Translations under genes and position numbers: made by a program
Shown: piece by piece, positions 20,233 to 28,903 of the stretch
Layout: each line of letters opens with the position of its first letter
Position numbering within the stretch: position 1 is the first letter of the stretch
Notes under the pieces: generated by a model
The model's database searches: none
Seen by the model: the letters and a program-made list of their open reading frames with translations, nothing else
Told to the model about the DNA's origin: nothing
Source of the DNA: Candidatus Latescibacterota bacterium
GTDB lineage: Bacteria > Latescibacterota > UBA2968 > UBA8231
Length of the DNA stretch: 64,000 bases
Direction of reading: 5' to 3'
NCBI GenBank assembly: GCA_965205655.1
Contig: CBDBIJ010000022.1
Location: forward strand, 21,758 to 85,757

Positions 20233-21371
20233 GGCAGCGCTCCCGCCTTGGCGACGTCGAGAACTTCGTAGACGCGAATCTCCTCCTTCAGGCCTCGCAC
20301 TTGTGTATCACCGAGATCCCGCACTTCGAACTCACCCTGCTTTGCCAGCCTTCGATATGTCTGTTCGGTCATGATGATGCCGGCCTCTAGCCTCTTGCTC
20401 AGCCCCTCGCAGCGCGCCGCCACATTGACGGTGTTTCCGAAGGCGCAGGCGTCCATCCGCTCCGGTGTTCCGGCGATGCCGATCGCCACCGGGCCGGTGT
20501 TCAACCCAATCCCGATGCTGATCGGATCGTAGCCCGCGCGCTGGCGCCCGAGATTGTACTCCTTCATGATCTGTTTCTGCAGCGAAACAGCGGCGCGCAC
20601 GGCGTTGTCCGTGCCCTGCTTCGGCTCGAACAGCCCCATGATTTCGTCCCCCACGTACTGGTAAACGAAGCCGCCGTTTTCGCGGATTGCCGGCTCGACG
20701 ACGGCGAAAAAAGAGTTCAGGAAGTTGTAACACTCCGCCGGGGTGATCGACTCCGAAAACTCGGTGAAGTTCCGAATGTCGGCAGACAGGACGGTGTAGT
20801 CTTCTTCTCTGGCAAGCGCCCTGGCGATTTCGATCCGGTCACCGTCGAGACCCTCCGTAAAGATCTGCGGCACGAATTTTCGGAACAGCTCCATCTGGTG
20901 CTGCAGCTGCTCCGTCCTCTCTGCGATCCGTCTCTCCAGCTCCTTCTCGGACTGCCGCTGCCTTCGCAGGTTCGTGCAGGCCGCCGAGTGGTAACGCAAG
21001 CGCGCCAGTAGCTCGACCTTCGCCGCACCCTTCACCAGATAGTCGCTGGCACCGCGCTCGAAGGCTTCGGCCTTCAGCTCCGGCTCTTCCCTACCGGTGA
21101 GCACGATCACCGGTACATCCCGCAGCGTATCGTCCTGCTTGTAGGCCTCCATCAGATCCCACCCGTCGATGTCCGGCATCCGCAGATCTTGCAGGATGAC
21201 GGTCGGCGAATGCTCTCCGGCTACCTCCAGCGCCTTGTTGGCGTCGAGACAGAAGCGGTAGGAGATATCCTCCTCGTTGGCGATCATCCGCGCCAGGAGC
21301 TTGCCGACGTCCTCTTGATCGTCGACCAGCAGAACGCGAACGCTCTGCGCCGTATGGTTGCCGTCAGTCAC
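20229..21371 (-). CDS. Response-regulator receiver fused to a class III adenylate/guanylate cyclase
   Basis: REC domain (VLLVDDQEDV...ILQDLRMPDIDGW...VIVLTG) followed by a coiled-coil linker. Cyclase domain: TVLSADIRNFTEF...YVGDEIMGLF...GLNTGPV..G......AFGNTVNVAARCEG. Confidence 0.85.
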   Translation of the reverse strand: MTDGNHTAQSVRVLLVDDQEDVGKLLARMIANEEDISYRFCLDANKALEVAGEHSPTVILQDLRMPDIDGWDLMEAYKQDDTLRDVPVIVLTGREEPELKAEAFERGASDYLVKGAAKVELLARLRYHSAACTNLRRQRQSEKELERRIAERTEQLQHQMELFRKFVPQIFTEGLDGDRIEIARALAREEDYTVLSADIRNFTEFSESITPAECYNFLNSFFAVVEPAIRENGGFVYQYVGDEIMGLFEPKQGTDNAVRAAVSLQKQIMKEYNLGRQRAGYDPISIGIGLNTGPVAIGIAGTPERMDACAFGNTVNVAARCEGLSKRLEAGIIMTEQTYRRLAKQGEFEVRDLGDTQVRGLKEEIRVYEVLDVAKAGALP

Positions 21372-21416
21372 CGATCCTCATCATCTCCGAGCTTGCGGCG
21401 CCCCGCTACGGCGCCA

Positions 21417-22184
21417 CTAAAGAATATTTACCGAGAACGCACCGTCCACCGGTATCGCCGTTCCGGTCACGAAATTCGACGCCGCGCTCGCCAGAAAGAT
21501 GGCGATGCCGCGAAAGTCGTCGGGGGTTCCCCAGCGGTCTGCGGGGGTGCGGGCGAGCACTTTCTCATTGAGCCCTTCGAGCTGTTGCCGCGCCGTCTTC
21601 GTCAGCGGCGTGTCGATGAAGCCGGGCAGAAAACAGTTCACCTGGATGTTGTCCTTGGCCCAGGCGATGGCGAACGATTTCGTAATCTGCACCATCGCCG
21701 CCTTCGAGGCGGAGTAGGGCGCTCCCCACGAGGCGCCGAAGATGGAAAGCATCGAGCCGTTGTTCAGGATCTTCCCGCCTCCCGCCTCCTTCATCGCCGG
21801 ATAGCACGCCGTGCTGCAGCGGAAGGCGCTGTCCAGGTTCGTGTCCAGCACCAGACGCCACTCGTCGTAGGTCAGGTCCTGCGGCTCCTTGCGGATGTTC
21901 GTGCCGGCGTTGTTCACCAGAATGTCGATGCGACCGCCCTCATTCTTTACCGTCTGCGCCATCTTGTTGACCGAGTCCATGTCCGTCACGTCGCACTTCA
22001 CGGCGAACGCTTTCCCGCCCGCGCTCTCTATCTCCTGCGCCGCGGTTTTGGATTTTTCTTCGTTGCGCGCTGCCAGCGCCACCGTGGCCCCCGCATCGGC
22101 CAGACCCTTGGCCATACCCAGCCCGATACCGCTGTTGCCGCCCGTGACGATGGCGACCTTTCCACTCAAGTCGAACAGATCCAT
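21417..22184 (-). CDS. SDR family oxidoreductase
   Basis: VAIVTGGNSGIGLG (TGxxxGIG), NNAG, and the YSASKAA catalytic motif. Confidence 0.9.
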   Translation of the reverse strand: MDLFDLSGKVAIVTGGNSGIGLGMAKGLADAGATVALAARNEEKSKTAAQEIESAGGKAFAVKCDVTDMDSVNKMAQTVKNEGGRIDILVNNAGTNIRKEPQDLTYDEWRLVLDTNLDSAFRCSTACYPAMKEAGGGKILNNGSMLSIFGASWGAPYSASKAAMVQITKSFAIAWAKDNIQVNCFLPGFIDTPLTKTARQQLEGLNEKVLARTPADRWGTPDDFRGIAIFLASAASNFVTGTAIPVDGAFSVNIL

Positions 22185-22212
22185 CGAATCCCCCTCTCAA
22201 TTCGTGTGCGCC

Positions 22213-23166
22213 TCAGTTCACCACATTCTGCGGCTTGCCGTCGATCCACGCTTTCACGTTCTCGACGAGCGTATCGAGCAATCGCGATCGCGCCGAGCGG
22301 GTGGCCCAGGCGATGTGAGGTGTGACGAAGCAGTTCTTGGCGCTGATCAGCGGGTTGTCCATCGCCGGCGGCTCCACCGTGAGCACGTCGAGACCGGCGC
22401 CGGCCAGCTTGCCCGCGTTGAGGGCATCCGCCAAGGCCTGATCGTCCACGAGGGGACCGCGGCTCGTATTGACGAGAAAGGCCGTCGGCTTCATCAGAGC
22501 GAGACGCTCGGCGTTGGCGAGCTTGTCGGTCTCCGGTGTCAGCGGACAGTGGAGGCTGATAACGTCACTGCGCTTGAAGATCTCCTCTACGGTGACGAAC
22601 TCCGCGTCGGGAAAGTCGGCCGGCTTGAGATACTCGTCGTGCGCCAGCACCTGCATCCCCAGGGCGCGGGCGATGTCGCCGGTGCGCTGGCCGATGCGGC
22701 CGTAGCCGACGATCCCCATCGTCAGGCCGTTCAGCTCGACCAGCGGAAAGTCCCAGTAACAGAAGTCGCGATTGTTCGTCCAGCGAGCCTCCTTCACGGT
22801 TTCGGCGTGATAGGCGACCCGCTGCGTCAGATTCAGCACGTGGGCGAACACCATCTGCGCCACCGAGGGCGTGCCGTAGGTGGGAATGTTCGTCACCACG
22901 ATACTCTTCTCCGACGCCGCCTCCAGATCGATGATGTTGTATCCCGTGGCCTGCACCCCGATGTATTTCAGATCCGGCACCTGCTCGATGACCTCCTTCG
23001 AGATCACCGCCTTGTTCGGCATGATGATATCGGCCCCTTGTGCGCGAGGCACGACCTCTTCGGGCGTCGAGTATTCGTGTACGGTCGTGTCACCGAGAGC
23101 CTCCAGGCCCTCCCAGCTGAGATCTCCCGGATTCAGCGTGTATCCGTCGGGTACGACGATCTTCAT
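22213..23166 (-). CDS. D-isomer-specific 2-hydroxyacid dehydrogenase (glycerate-dehydrogenase-like)
   Basis: GIVGYGRIGQRTG NAD motif, then ..NTSRGPLVD.. and ..TPHIAWAT... Confidence 0.88.
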   Translation of the reverse strand: MKIVVPDGYTLNPGDLSWEGLEALGDTTVHEYSTPEEVVPRAQGADIIMPNKAVISKEVIEQVPDLKYIGVQATGYNIIDLEAASEKSIVVTNIPTYGTPSVAQMVFAHVLNLTQRVAYHAETVKEARWTNNRDFCYWDFPLVELNGLTMGIVGYGRIGQRTGDIARALGMQVLAHDEYLKPADFPDAEFVTVEEIFKRSDVISLHCPLTPETDKLANAERLALMKPTAFLVNTSRGPLVDDQALADALNAGKLAGAGLDVLTVEPPAMDNPLISAKNCFVTPHIAWATRSARSRLLDTLVENVKAWIDGKPQNVVN

Positions 23167-23381
23167 TTCCGCTCTCCTTTTCTCTTCATCATTTCACTGA
23201 CTTGTGCCGGCTGCAGAATCTGGTCCTTGGGACTCGATTCTGCAAAAGAGCCTATAGTCTCACCCGACCCCGCGTCAAGGAGTTCGCGTAACGCCATGAG
23301 GTTGACCTGTCTCAGGCAAATGATATGATGTCGTGGATGGAGAGGAGATTCCGGCCGGATACCGATTGATTCGAGAAGGCG

Positions 23382-23645
23382 ATGAGAGAGAGTCGGCGTT
23401 CTGACAGCCTGGCGCCCGAGGCCAGAGCCGCGATCGAGAAGGAGGAGGTCAAGAGATGGCCTCTCATCCCGCGCTGGTTCAAAGCGTTGCTCGTCGCCAG
23501 TGCGGTGTTCGGCGTGTCGTACGGATCGACCGGGGATGCTCTGGTGTCAGCCGCCTTCTCAGCAGGAGCGGCCGTCGTCTTCGTGGTGGGAGCCAGCTGT
23601 TATTCCGCGTATAGACGCTATCTGCAACAGCGACTGCCACGGTAG
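23382..23645 (+). CDS. Hypothetical small membrane protein (87 aa, 2 TM)
   Basis: ORF with two hydrophobic helices. No family recognised and coding status is uncertain. Confidence 0.3.
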   Translation: MRESRRSDSLAPEARAAIEKEEVKRWPLIPRWFKALLVASAVFGVSYGSTGDALVSAAFSAGAAVVFVVGASCYSAYRRYLQQRLPR

Positions 23646-23763
23646 GTCGAAACACCGAAGACAGAGCCAGTATCATCGCGGGATTCCTCGCGACCCGCGT
23701 CCGGCACAGGAGTGGCATTCCATTATATATAGGTGGATCAGACGGGATGCCTCGAGAGAGGGC

Positions 23764-24470
23764 ATGGCAAAGATTGACATAATCTGGACAGAGTCCCGAG
23801 CGACCCCACTTGCTGCCGTGCGCGACTTTGCCCTGGAGACCTATACCACCTCCAAACCGCTCAACTACGACGAGGACAATGTTGCGACCCGCTATCTGGA
23901 TGAGGAAGGCTGGACCGTGCACCGCAAGCGGGCCTGGACCACGCTGATGAGCGGGGCGCACTATGACATGATCGACTTTTCCATCCTGCCACACCTCGAG
24001 ACGGGCACACCGGCCTCACAGAAGTGCATTCGCACCTGGATGAGCCATCTGTCTACGTTCATCCATTCGGTCGACCTTGCCCGGGCTCGGCCGCGCCCAA
24101 GCTGGCTGAAAAAGCAGCCTGAAAAACCGTCGCGTCGGTTCTGGCAGTGGAGGGGCAGGATTACTGCATCTATCTGGCCGACGGACGCGAGCGAGAAGAA
24201 AGAGATTGCGGCCAGCCGATCGAGGGAGCTCTATGTTTTGCCCTGCCGGACGGGAATTTCAAGGTTTCTGCTTACTTGCCGAGCACAGGCGCCGATTCTC
24301 CGGCTTTGCGCCTACCCGGGGGAGAGACAGAGCTGGATGTACCCGTATTCACCCATGATATTCTGATCCGGGATTCGACGTGTTTGAATTGGGAGGTTGT
24401 TGATGAACCGAGGACTCAACCCCGAACAGATTCAACAATTCCACCAGGATGGCTTCCTGATTGTTCGTGA
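23764..24470 (+). pseudogene. C-terminal remnant of a glycoside-hydrolase-like protein (possibly DUF4038/GH140-type with a collagen-binding-like tail), frameshifted
   Basis: Frame 1: MAKIDIIWTESRATPL...AHYDMIDFSILPHLE...SWLKKQPEK. It continues in another frame: TVASVLAVEGQDYCIYLADGRE...ALPDGNFKVSAYLP...FTHDILIR. The switch is at the A5 run 24122-24126 (A6 would restore the frame). It lacks a catalytic N-terminal half. The family call is tentative. Confidence 0.35.
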
Positions 24471-25284
24471 TTTGCTCCAACGCGAAGCACTTCAGCCCTT
24501 GATCGATGAGCTCGAACAGAAAGTCGATGACTCGAGCAATGAAGCCGTGAGGCGGGGGTTCCTCGACGCGACGAGCCTGTTTCCCGACGCGCCTTTTGCC
24601 ACCCGGCTGGCGCTGGTGGCGGACGCCTGCTCCGACCGCAGCTGGTTGTGGCACCAGGTTCAGGGCAAACAGCACAAAACTGCCGGCATGTTCACACTCA
24701 GAACCTGGCCGGCTCTACTGGATGCAGCGGAATCGTTGATTGGTCCTGAGATTCTTGCGCACCCTCAAACAGTCCTCCGCGCGAAACTGCCGGACCACGA
24801 GGACACGGTCGTGCCCTGGCACCAGGACCTCGCCTACCTGACACCCGAGGAAGCGGGGGAGACGTTGATCGTGAACTTCTGGATCCCTCTCGTCGATGCC
24901 ACTGCCGAAAACGGCTGCATGCAGGTGATGCGTGGATCGCATAGACCCGGTCTGTTGCCGCACGACCATCGGGTACCCCTTTATCACGGAGTTGCCGAGT
25001 CCGACCTGCCTGAAGGTGAAATCGTGACCTGCGAGGTGGACGTGGGCGATGCGTTGATGCTCATGGAGCGGATGTTACATCGCTCGAATCCCAACGCCTC
25101 CAACACCGTCAGGTGGAGTGTCGACACACGTTACAGTCGCATTGGGCTCCCTACAGGCCGCTCGAGCAAGCCCGGCTTTGTGGCTCGCAGCCACGAAGAT
25201 CCTGAGAGTGTCGCGGGCTCACACCACGACTGGATCAAGCTCTATACCGACGCAGGCCTCGATTGGACTGAGATGCCGCGATGA
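24403..25284 (+). CDS. Phytanoyl-CoA dioxygenase (PhyH) family Fe(II)/2OG oxygenase
   Basis: MNRGLNPEQIQQFHQDGFLIVRDLL.., then WHQDLAY...D (the HxD-containing facial-triad region) and ..RSNPNASN.VRWS. GGGAGG lies 6 nt upstream of ATG 24403. Confidence 0.85.
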   Translation: MNRGLNPEQIQQFHQDGFLIVRDLLQREALQPLIDELEQKVDDSSNEAVRRGFLDATSLFPDAPFATRLALVADACSDRSWLWHQVQGKQHKTAGMFTLRTWPALLDAAESLIGPEILAHPQTVLRAKLPDHEDTVVPWHQDLAYLTPEEAGETLIVNFWIPLVDATAENGCMQVMRGSHRPGLLPHDHRVPLYHGVAESDLPEGEIVTCEVDVGDALMLMERMLHRSNPNASNTVRWSVDTRYSRIGLPTGRSSKPGFVARSHEDPESVAGSHHDWIKLYTDAGLDWTEMPR

Positions 25285-25326
25285 TTCGCTTCTCCGACCA
25301 GGCGGTCTGAAGGAGGCAACCGAAAA

Positions 25327-25908
25327 ATGTCCAGGCTCGACCCATTCCATTTACCACTCACCGCTACGTTGCTCGTCGGTATGATGAGCTGTGCCTCGGT
25401 CCCACCTCAGGTCGCAAAGACACATCAGAAAGAGCAAGAGATCATCGAATCGCTCCGTGCGGCCCATCTCGCAATGGTAGACGCCTATATCGACAAGAAA
25501 CTCGAGGATTTCGAGAGATTCTTTTTCAACGAATACGGCCCGGTGTACTTCGAGAACTGGACGGCCGCGTTTGAACAGGTCAACGGGCGCCCGTACGACT
25601 CAGGCAGGGACCTCCCGCAGCTCTACAGCGACCTCGTGGCGGAGTATCAGGCCGAATCGGCGCTCATCGATCAAATGCGCGTTCAGTTGCGGGAGGCGAT
25701 AGCGACGGAATATCGAAATGCGTTGGATGCTCACCAGGCAGTTGGTGGCTGGCTGGACGCCATGGAAAAACTCAACTCAGCTCAACGGCAATCCATCGAC
25801 ACTCTCCTGGGATCCATCCAGCCGGGGCTGTCATTGGATCTCATTGACGACGCCGTTGTCAACGCCAAACAGAGTCTGCAGGAGAGACTGGAAACCCTGA
25901 CGAATTGA
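25327..25908 (+). CDS. Hypothetical lipoprotein
   Basis: Lipobox-like signal ...TATLLVGMMSC|AS. The remainder is helical and charged. No family recognised. Confidence 0.55.
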   Translation: MSRLDPFHLPLTATLLVGMMSCASVPPQVAKTHQKEQEIIESLRAAHLAMVDAYIDKKLEDFERFFFNEYGPVYFENWTAAFEQVNGRPYDSGRDLPQLYSDLVAEYQAESALIDQMRVQLREAIATEYRNALDAHQAVGGWLDAMEKLNSAQRQSIDTLLGSIQPGLSLDLIDDAVVNAKQSLQERLETLTN

Positions 25909-25918
25909 GGAGAGAGCC

Positions 25919-26188
25919 GTGCCCAGACGAAGCGCAATTGGCAAGATCGCCAGCAAGAAGACGAAGTCCGCCTTTGCAGAGGAACTTTCAAGCCACACGG
26001 CCTTTACAGCGAAGGAGACTGCGGAGCTGTTCCCGAACAAATCCGATCGCGACGAGCTGGTCGCTCTCATCGAGATTGTCAACTCTGACAAGAACGACAA
26101 AGAAAAGCAGGCCGAGTTGGTTGCGAGAATTGGCGAAGTTGGTGGAGCGGTTCTCAAACTCAGCAAGAAAGTCACTACGGGACTGTAG
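25919..26188 (+). CDS. Hypothetical 89-aa protein
   Basis: ORF 10 nt after the lipoprotein gene on the same strand. Lys/Glu-rich. No family recognised. Confidence 0.4.
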   Translation: MPRRSAIGKIASKKTKSAFAEELSSHTAFTAKETAELFPNKSDRDELVALIEIVNSDKNDKEKQAELVARIGEVGGAVLKLSKKVTTGL

Positions 26189-26229
26189 CTCGAGAGCGCC
26201 CACACCGCCATCACCCCGAGGAGTACCGG

Positions 26230-26595
26230 ATGGACATGACCGTTGTCAATCTCGCGCATAAGTTCAGCCTGTTTTCCGACCACTGGACTCCGAAGATCGT
26301 CGGCGAACTCAACGGGCAACACGTCAAAGTGGCGAAACTGAAGGGCGAATTCGTTTGGCACCACCACGAAAATGAGGATGAGTTGTTTCTCGTAATGAAT
26401 GGCAGCCTCCTCATGCGACTCCGTGACCGTGAGGTTACCATAAACGAAGGAGAGTTCTTCATAGTGCCGCGGGGCGTTGAGCATCTCCCTGTCGCGGAGG
26501 AGGAAGTTCATGTCGTCCTCCTCGAACCGGCCTCCATCGTGAACACCGGCAACGTCCACAACCAGCTCACCGTGGAGAATCTCGACCGCGTTTAG
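26230..26595 (+). CDS. Cupin domain protein
   Basis: FVWHHHENEDELFLVMNGSL...GEFFIVPRGVEHLP, which are cupin motifs 1 and 2. Confidence 0.8.
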   Translation: MDMTVVNLAHKFSLFSDHWTPKIVGELNGQHVKVAKLKGEFVWHHHENEDELFLVMNGSLLMRLRDREVTINEGEFFIVPRGVEHLPVAEEEVHVVLLEPASIVNTGNVHNQLTVENLDRV

Positions 26596-26611
26596 GTCCT
26601 ACGAAATCCTT

Positions 26612-27070
26612 ATGCCCGCAAGAATTCAGAATCCTGAAGTTGCTGCAGTCTTCAAATCCTACCCGAGTCGTATGCGGAAGAAGCTGATGTTTCTTCGACA
26701 GTTGATTCTCGAAGCGGCGGCGGCAACAGAAAGTGTTGGAGAGTTGGAAGAAACTCTGAAGTGGGGGGAACCAAGCTATCTTACATCAAAATCGAAAAGT
26801 GGAAGCACCGTCAGAATTGCCTGGAAAGAAGCTCAGGAGGAACAGTACGCAATCTACTTCAAATGTACCACGGATCTGGTTGCTACCTTCAGAGAGAGAT
26901 ATCCAAGTGAGTTTCGGTATGGCGGAAATCGAAGCATTCTTTTCGATAAAGACGATGAAGTTTCTGTAGAGGAATTGAGAAGCTGTATTTCATTGGCTTT
27001 GACCTATCATTTGAACAAGAAACTGCGGCAAGAGGATAGGTGGAACATGGTGGGAACATCACTTGAATAA
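26612..27070 (+). CDS. DUF1801 (YdhG-like) domain protein
   Basis: 152 aa. The pattern ..LRQLILEAA...ETLKWGEPSY......IYFKC.. is typical of DUF1801. Noticeably AT-richer than its surroundings. Confidence 0.6.
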   Translation: MPARIQNPEVAAVFKSYPSRMRKKLMFLRQLILEAAAATESVGELEETLKWGEPSYLTSKSKSGSTVRIAWKEAQEEQYAIYFKCTTDLVATFRERYPSEFRYGGNRSILFDKDDEVSVEELRSCISLALTYHLNKKLRQEDRWNMVGTSLE

Positions 27071-27106
27071 AGCACGCGCCGAACCGATTCCATCAGGAGA
27101 AACACC

Positions 27107-27481
27107 ATGCTCGCTCCCATGAATCGCGTTATCATCTTTGCTGGCGACGTCGAGAAACGCGCGACCTTTTTTCGCGATCTCTTTGATCTGGCCCCGATCG
27201 AAAGCACACACTCGCCGCAGGAATGGCTCGAGCTCGATGCTGGAGCTTGTCGATTGGCATTTCACAAAGCGTATGGGCCGGATGGGCCTGTCGATGGCCC
27301 GACGGGCGGCTCGTCCAACCCACATAAGATTGTCTTTCATGCCGAGGATGTGCCGGCCATGCGGGAAGAGCTCTGTCGCCGTGGGGCTCCGATGCAGGAC
27401 GTCGAGGTATTCGGAGATCTCGTGCTCTGCGACGGCCAGGACCCCGAGGGCCATCGATTTCAGATATCGAATGGAGGGTAG
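27107..27481 (+). CDS. VOC (glyoxalase/bleomycin-resistance/dioxygenase) family protein
   Basis: 124 aa with a VOC-like pattern (..VIIFAGDVEKRATFFRDLFDL...KIVFHAEDV...DPEGHRFQI). Confidence 0.75.
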   Translation: MLAPMNRVIIFAGDVEKRATFFRDLFDLAPIESTHSPQEWLELDAGACRLAFHKAYGPDGPVDGPTGGSSNPHKIVFHAEDVPAMREELCRRGAPMQDVEVFGDLVLCDGQDPEGHRFQISNGG

Positions 27482-27613
27482 CGCAGCGGGACTCGACGAC
27501 AGATTTTCACGGCCTCTGCAAAACAAGCGAGACCTCCTCGTGACCGCGCTTTTGCACCCATGCCAGCGGGCCTCCGTGGTCTCGAATTCTATCGGATGTA
27601 TCAACAGGTTGGC

Positions 27614-28744
27614 TCACATCGGATATTGACCGACCTGCTCGAAGAGCGTCTCGAAGCGGCCGACGTTATCCCAGTTGATCTCGACTCCCAACCCGGACCG
27701 GTCGGGCACGACGGTCTTGCCGCCCTCGATATCGAGCAGGCCGTCGACGAGTACGTCGTCGACGCTCAGCTCGTGCATCACCTGGTTGCCGTCGGTGACG
27801 TTCGGGATCGCCGCCAGGACCTGCAGCGCCGCCAGCGTCGAAATGCCCGTCTCGCCCAAACAGCCGTGGCGGTTGATGTTGAGATTGCCGGCCGCGGCAA
27901 CGGCGGCCGCCTTCTTTAGCGGCAGCAATCCACCCGTTTCGTGAAACCCGATGACGACAACGTCGCAGGCGTCGCGACGGACCGCTTCCAGTACGTCGGC
28001 CTCCGTGAACAATGCCTGATCGAGAGCGATCGGTACGGACACCTGGCGGCGCAGATCGGCCGAACCAGCAATGTCGAAGGCCGGTAAGGGCTGCTCGACC
28101 CAATCCAGATTGAACGGCTCCAGTTTGCGGATCATGGTGATGGCCGTGTGGCGATCCCAGGCCTCGTTGGGGTCGACGCGTAGACGGGGGCCGTCGCCCA
28201 CAGCCTCACGCACCGCCTGCACCGCCGCCAAATCGAATTCCGCTCCCTGGCCAATCTTCATGTAGAGGACATCGAAACCGCGCTTCACGTAGCTGCGGGC
28301 GTCAGCGGCCAGCGTCTGCGGATCGCCTCCCTGCAGGAAACCGAACCAGTGAACGGTCTCGTGAATCTTGCCGCCGAGCAGGTTGTAGACTGGCTGCCCG
28401 AGCGCCTTGCCGCAGATGTCCCACAAGGCCATTTCGATGCCGGCAAATGACTGATTGGCGAATCGGCGCTGGTTGCTCCAGGCACCGCTGTGATACAGTC
28501 GCGCCAGCAGGTATTCGACGCGAAACGGATCCTCCCGGAGCAGAAGGTGTTCGACCGAGCGGATTGTCGCCTCGGCTGCCACCGCCGAACGCGCGCCCAA
28601 AGCGTCGCCGTAGCCGACGACCCCGTCGTCGGTGTGCAGCTCTACCAGGACGGAGTTGAAGCCCTCGGGGGCGCCGATCGCCCAGTGATAGCGGCCGCGC
28701 AAGGGCACCGCGAGAGTGTGAGTACGGATCTCGGAAATTTTCAT
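27614..28744 (-). CDS. Mandelate racemase / muconate lactonizing enzyme family (enolase superfamily)
   Basis: MKISEIRTHTLAVPLRG...GYGDA.. capping domain. Barrel motifs ..LRVDPNEAWD.., ..WVEQPL.., ..ALDQ... I prefer the internal ATG 28744. Confidence 0.85.
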   Translation of the reverse strand: MKISEIRTHTLAVPLRGRYHWAIGAPEGFNSVLVELHTDDGVVGYGDALGARSAVAAEATIRSVEHLLLREDPFRVEYLLARLYHSGAWSNQRRFANQSFAGIEMALWDICGKALGQPVYNLLGGKIHETVHWFGFLQGGDPQTLAADARSYVKRGFDVLYMKIGQGAEFDLAAVQAVREAVGDGPRLRVDPNEAWDRHTAITMIRKLEPFNLDWVEQPLPAFDIAGSADLRRQVSVPIALDQALFTEADVLEAVRRDACDVVVIGFHETGGLLPLKKAAAVAAAGNLNINRHGCLGETGISTLAALQVLAAIPNVTDGNQVMHELSVDDVLVDGLLDIEGGKTVVPDRSGLGVEINWDNVGRFETLFEQVGQYPM

Positions 28745-28903
28745 ATCGGCCTCGAGGATGCTCGGGCACAAGAGGATGCACAATCAGATCCTGCCACGCC
28801 ACTGCAGGCAATCAGCTTCGGTTACCAGATGCTTGACGTCTCGTTTCGGCGCGGCGACGCGCGAAGCCACTCCGCACCAGCCGCCCATGCCTATCTTAGC
28901 CAC

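Noticed and set aside
21189-23328. 378-aa and 479-aa plus-strand ORFs (21189..22325 and 21889..23328)
   Set aside because: They are antisense to the cyclase, SDR and 2-hydroxyacid dehydrogenase genes, which carry canonical motifs.
28490-28903. N-terminal 138 codons of ORF 28490..29956
   Set aside because: They are antisense to the 5' part of the racemase gene. The recognisable DUF1016_N pattern begins only after ATG 28904.
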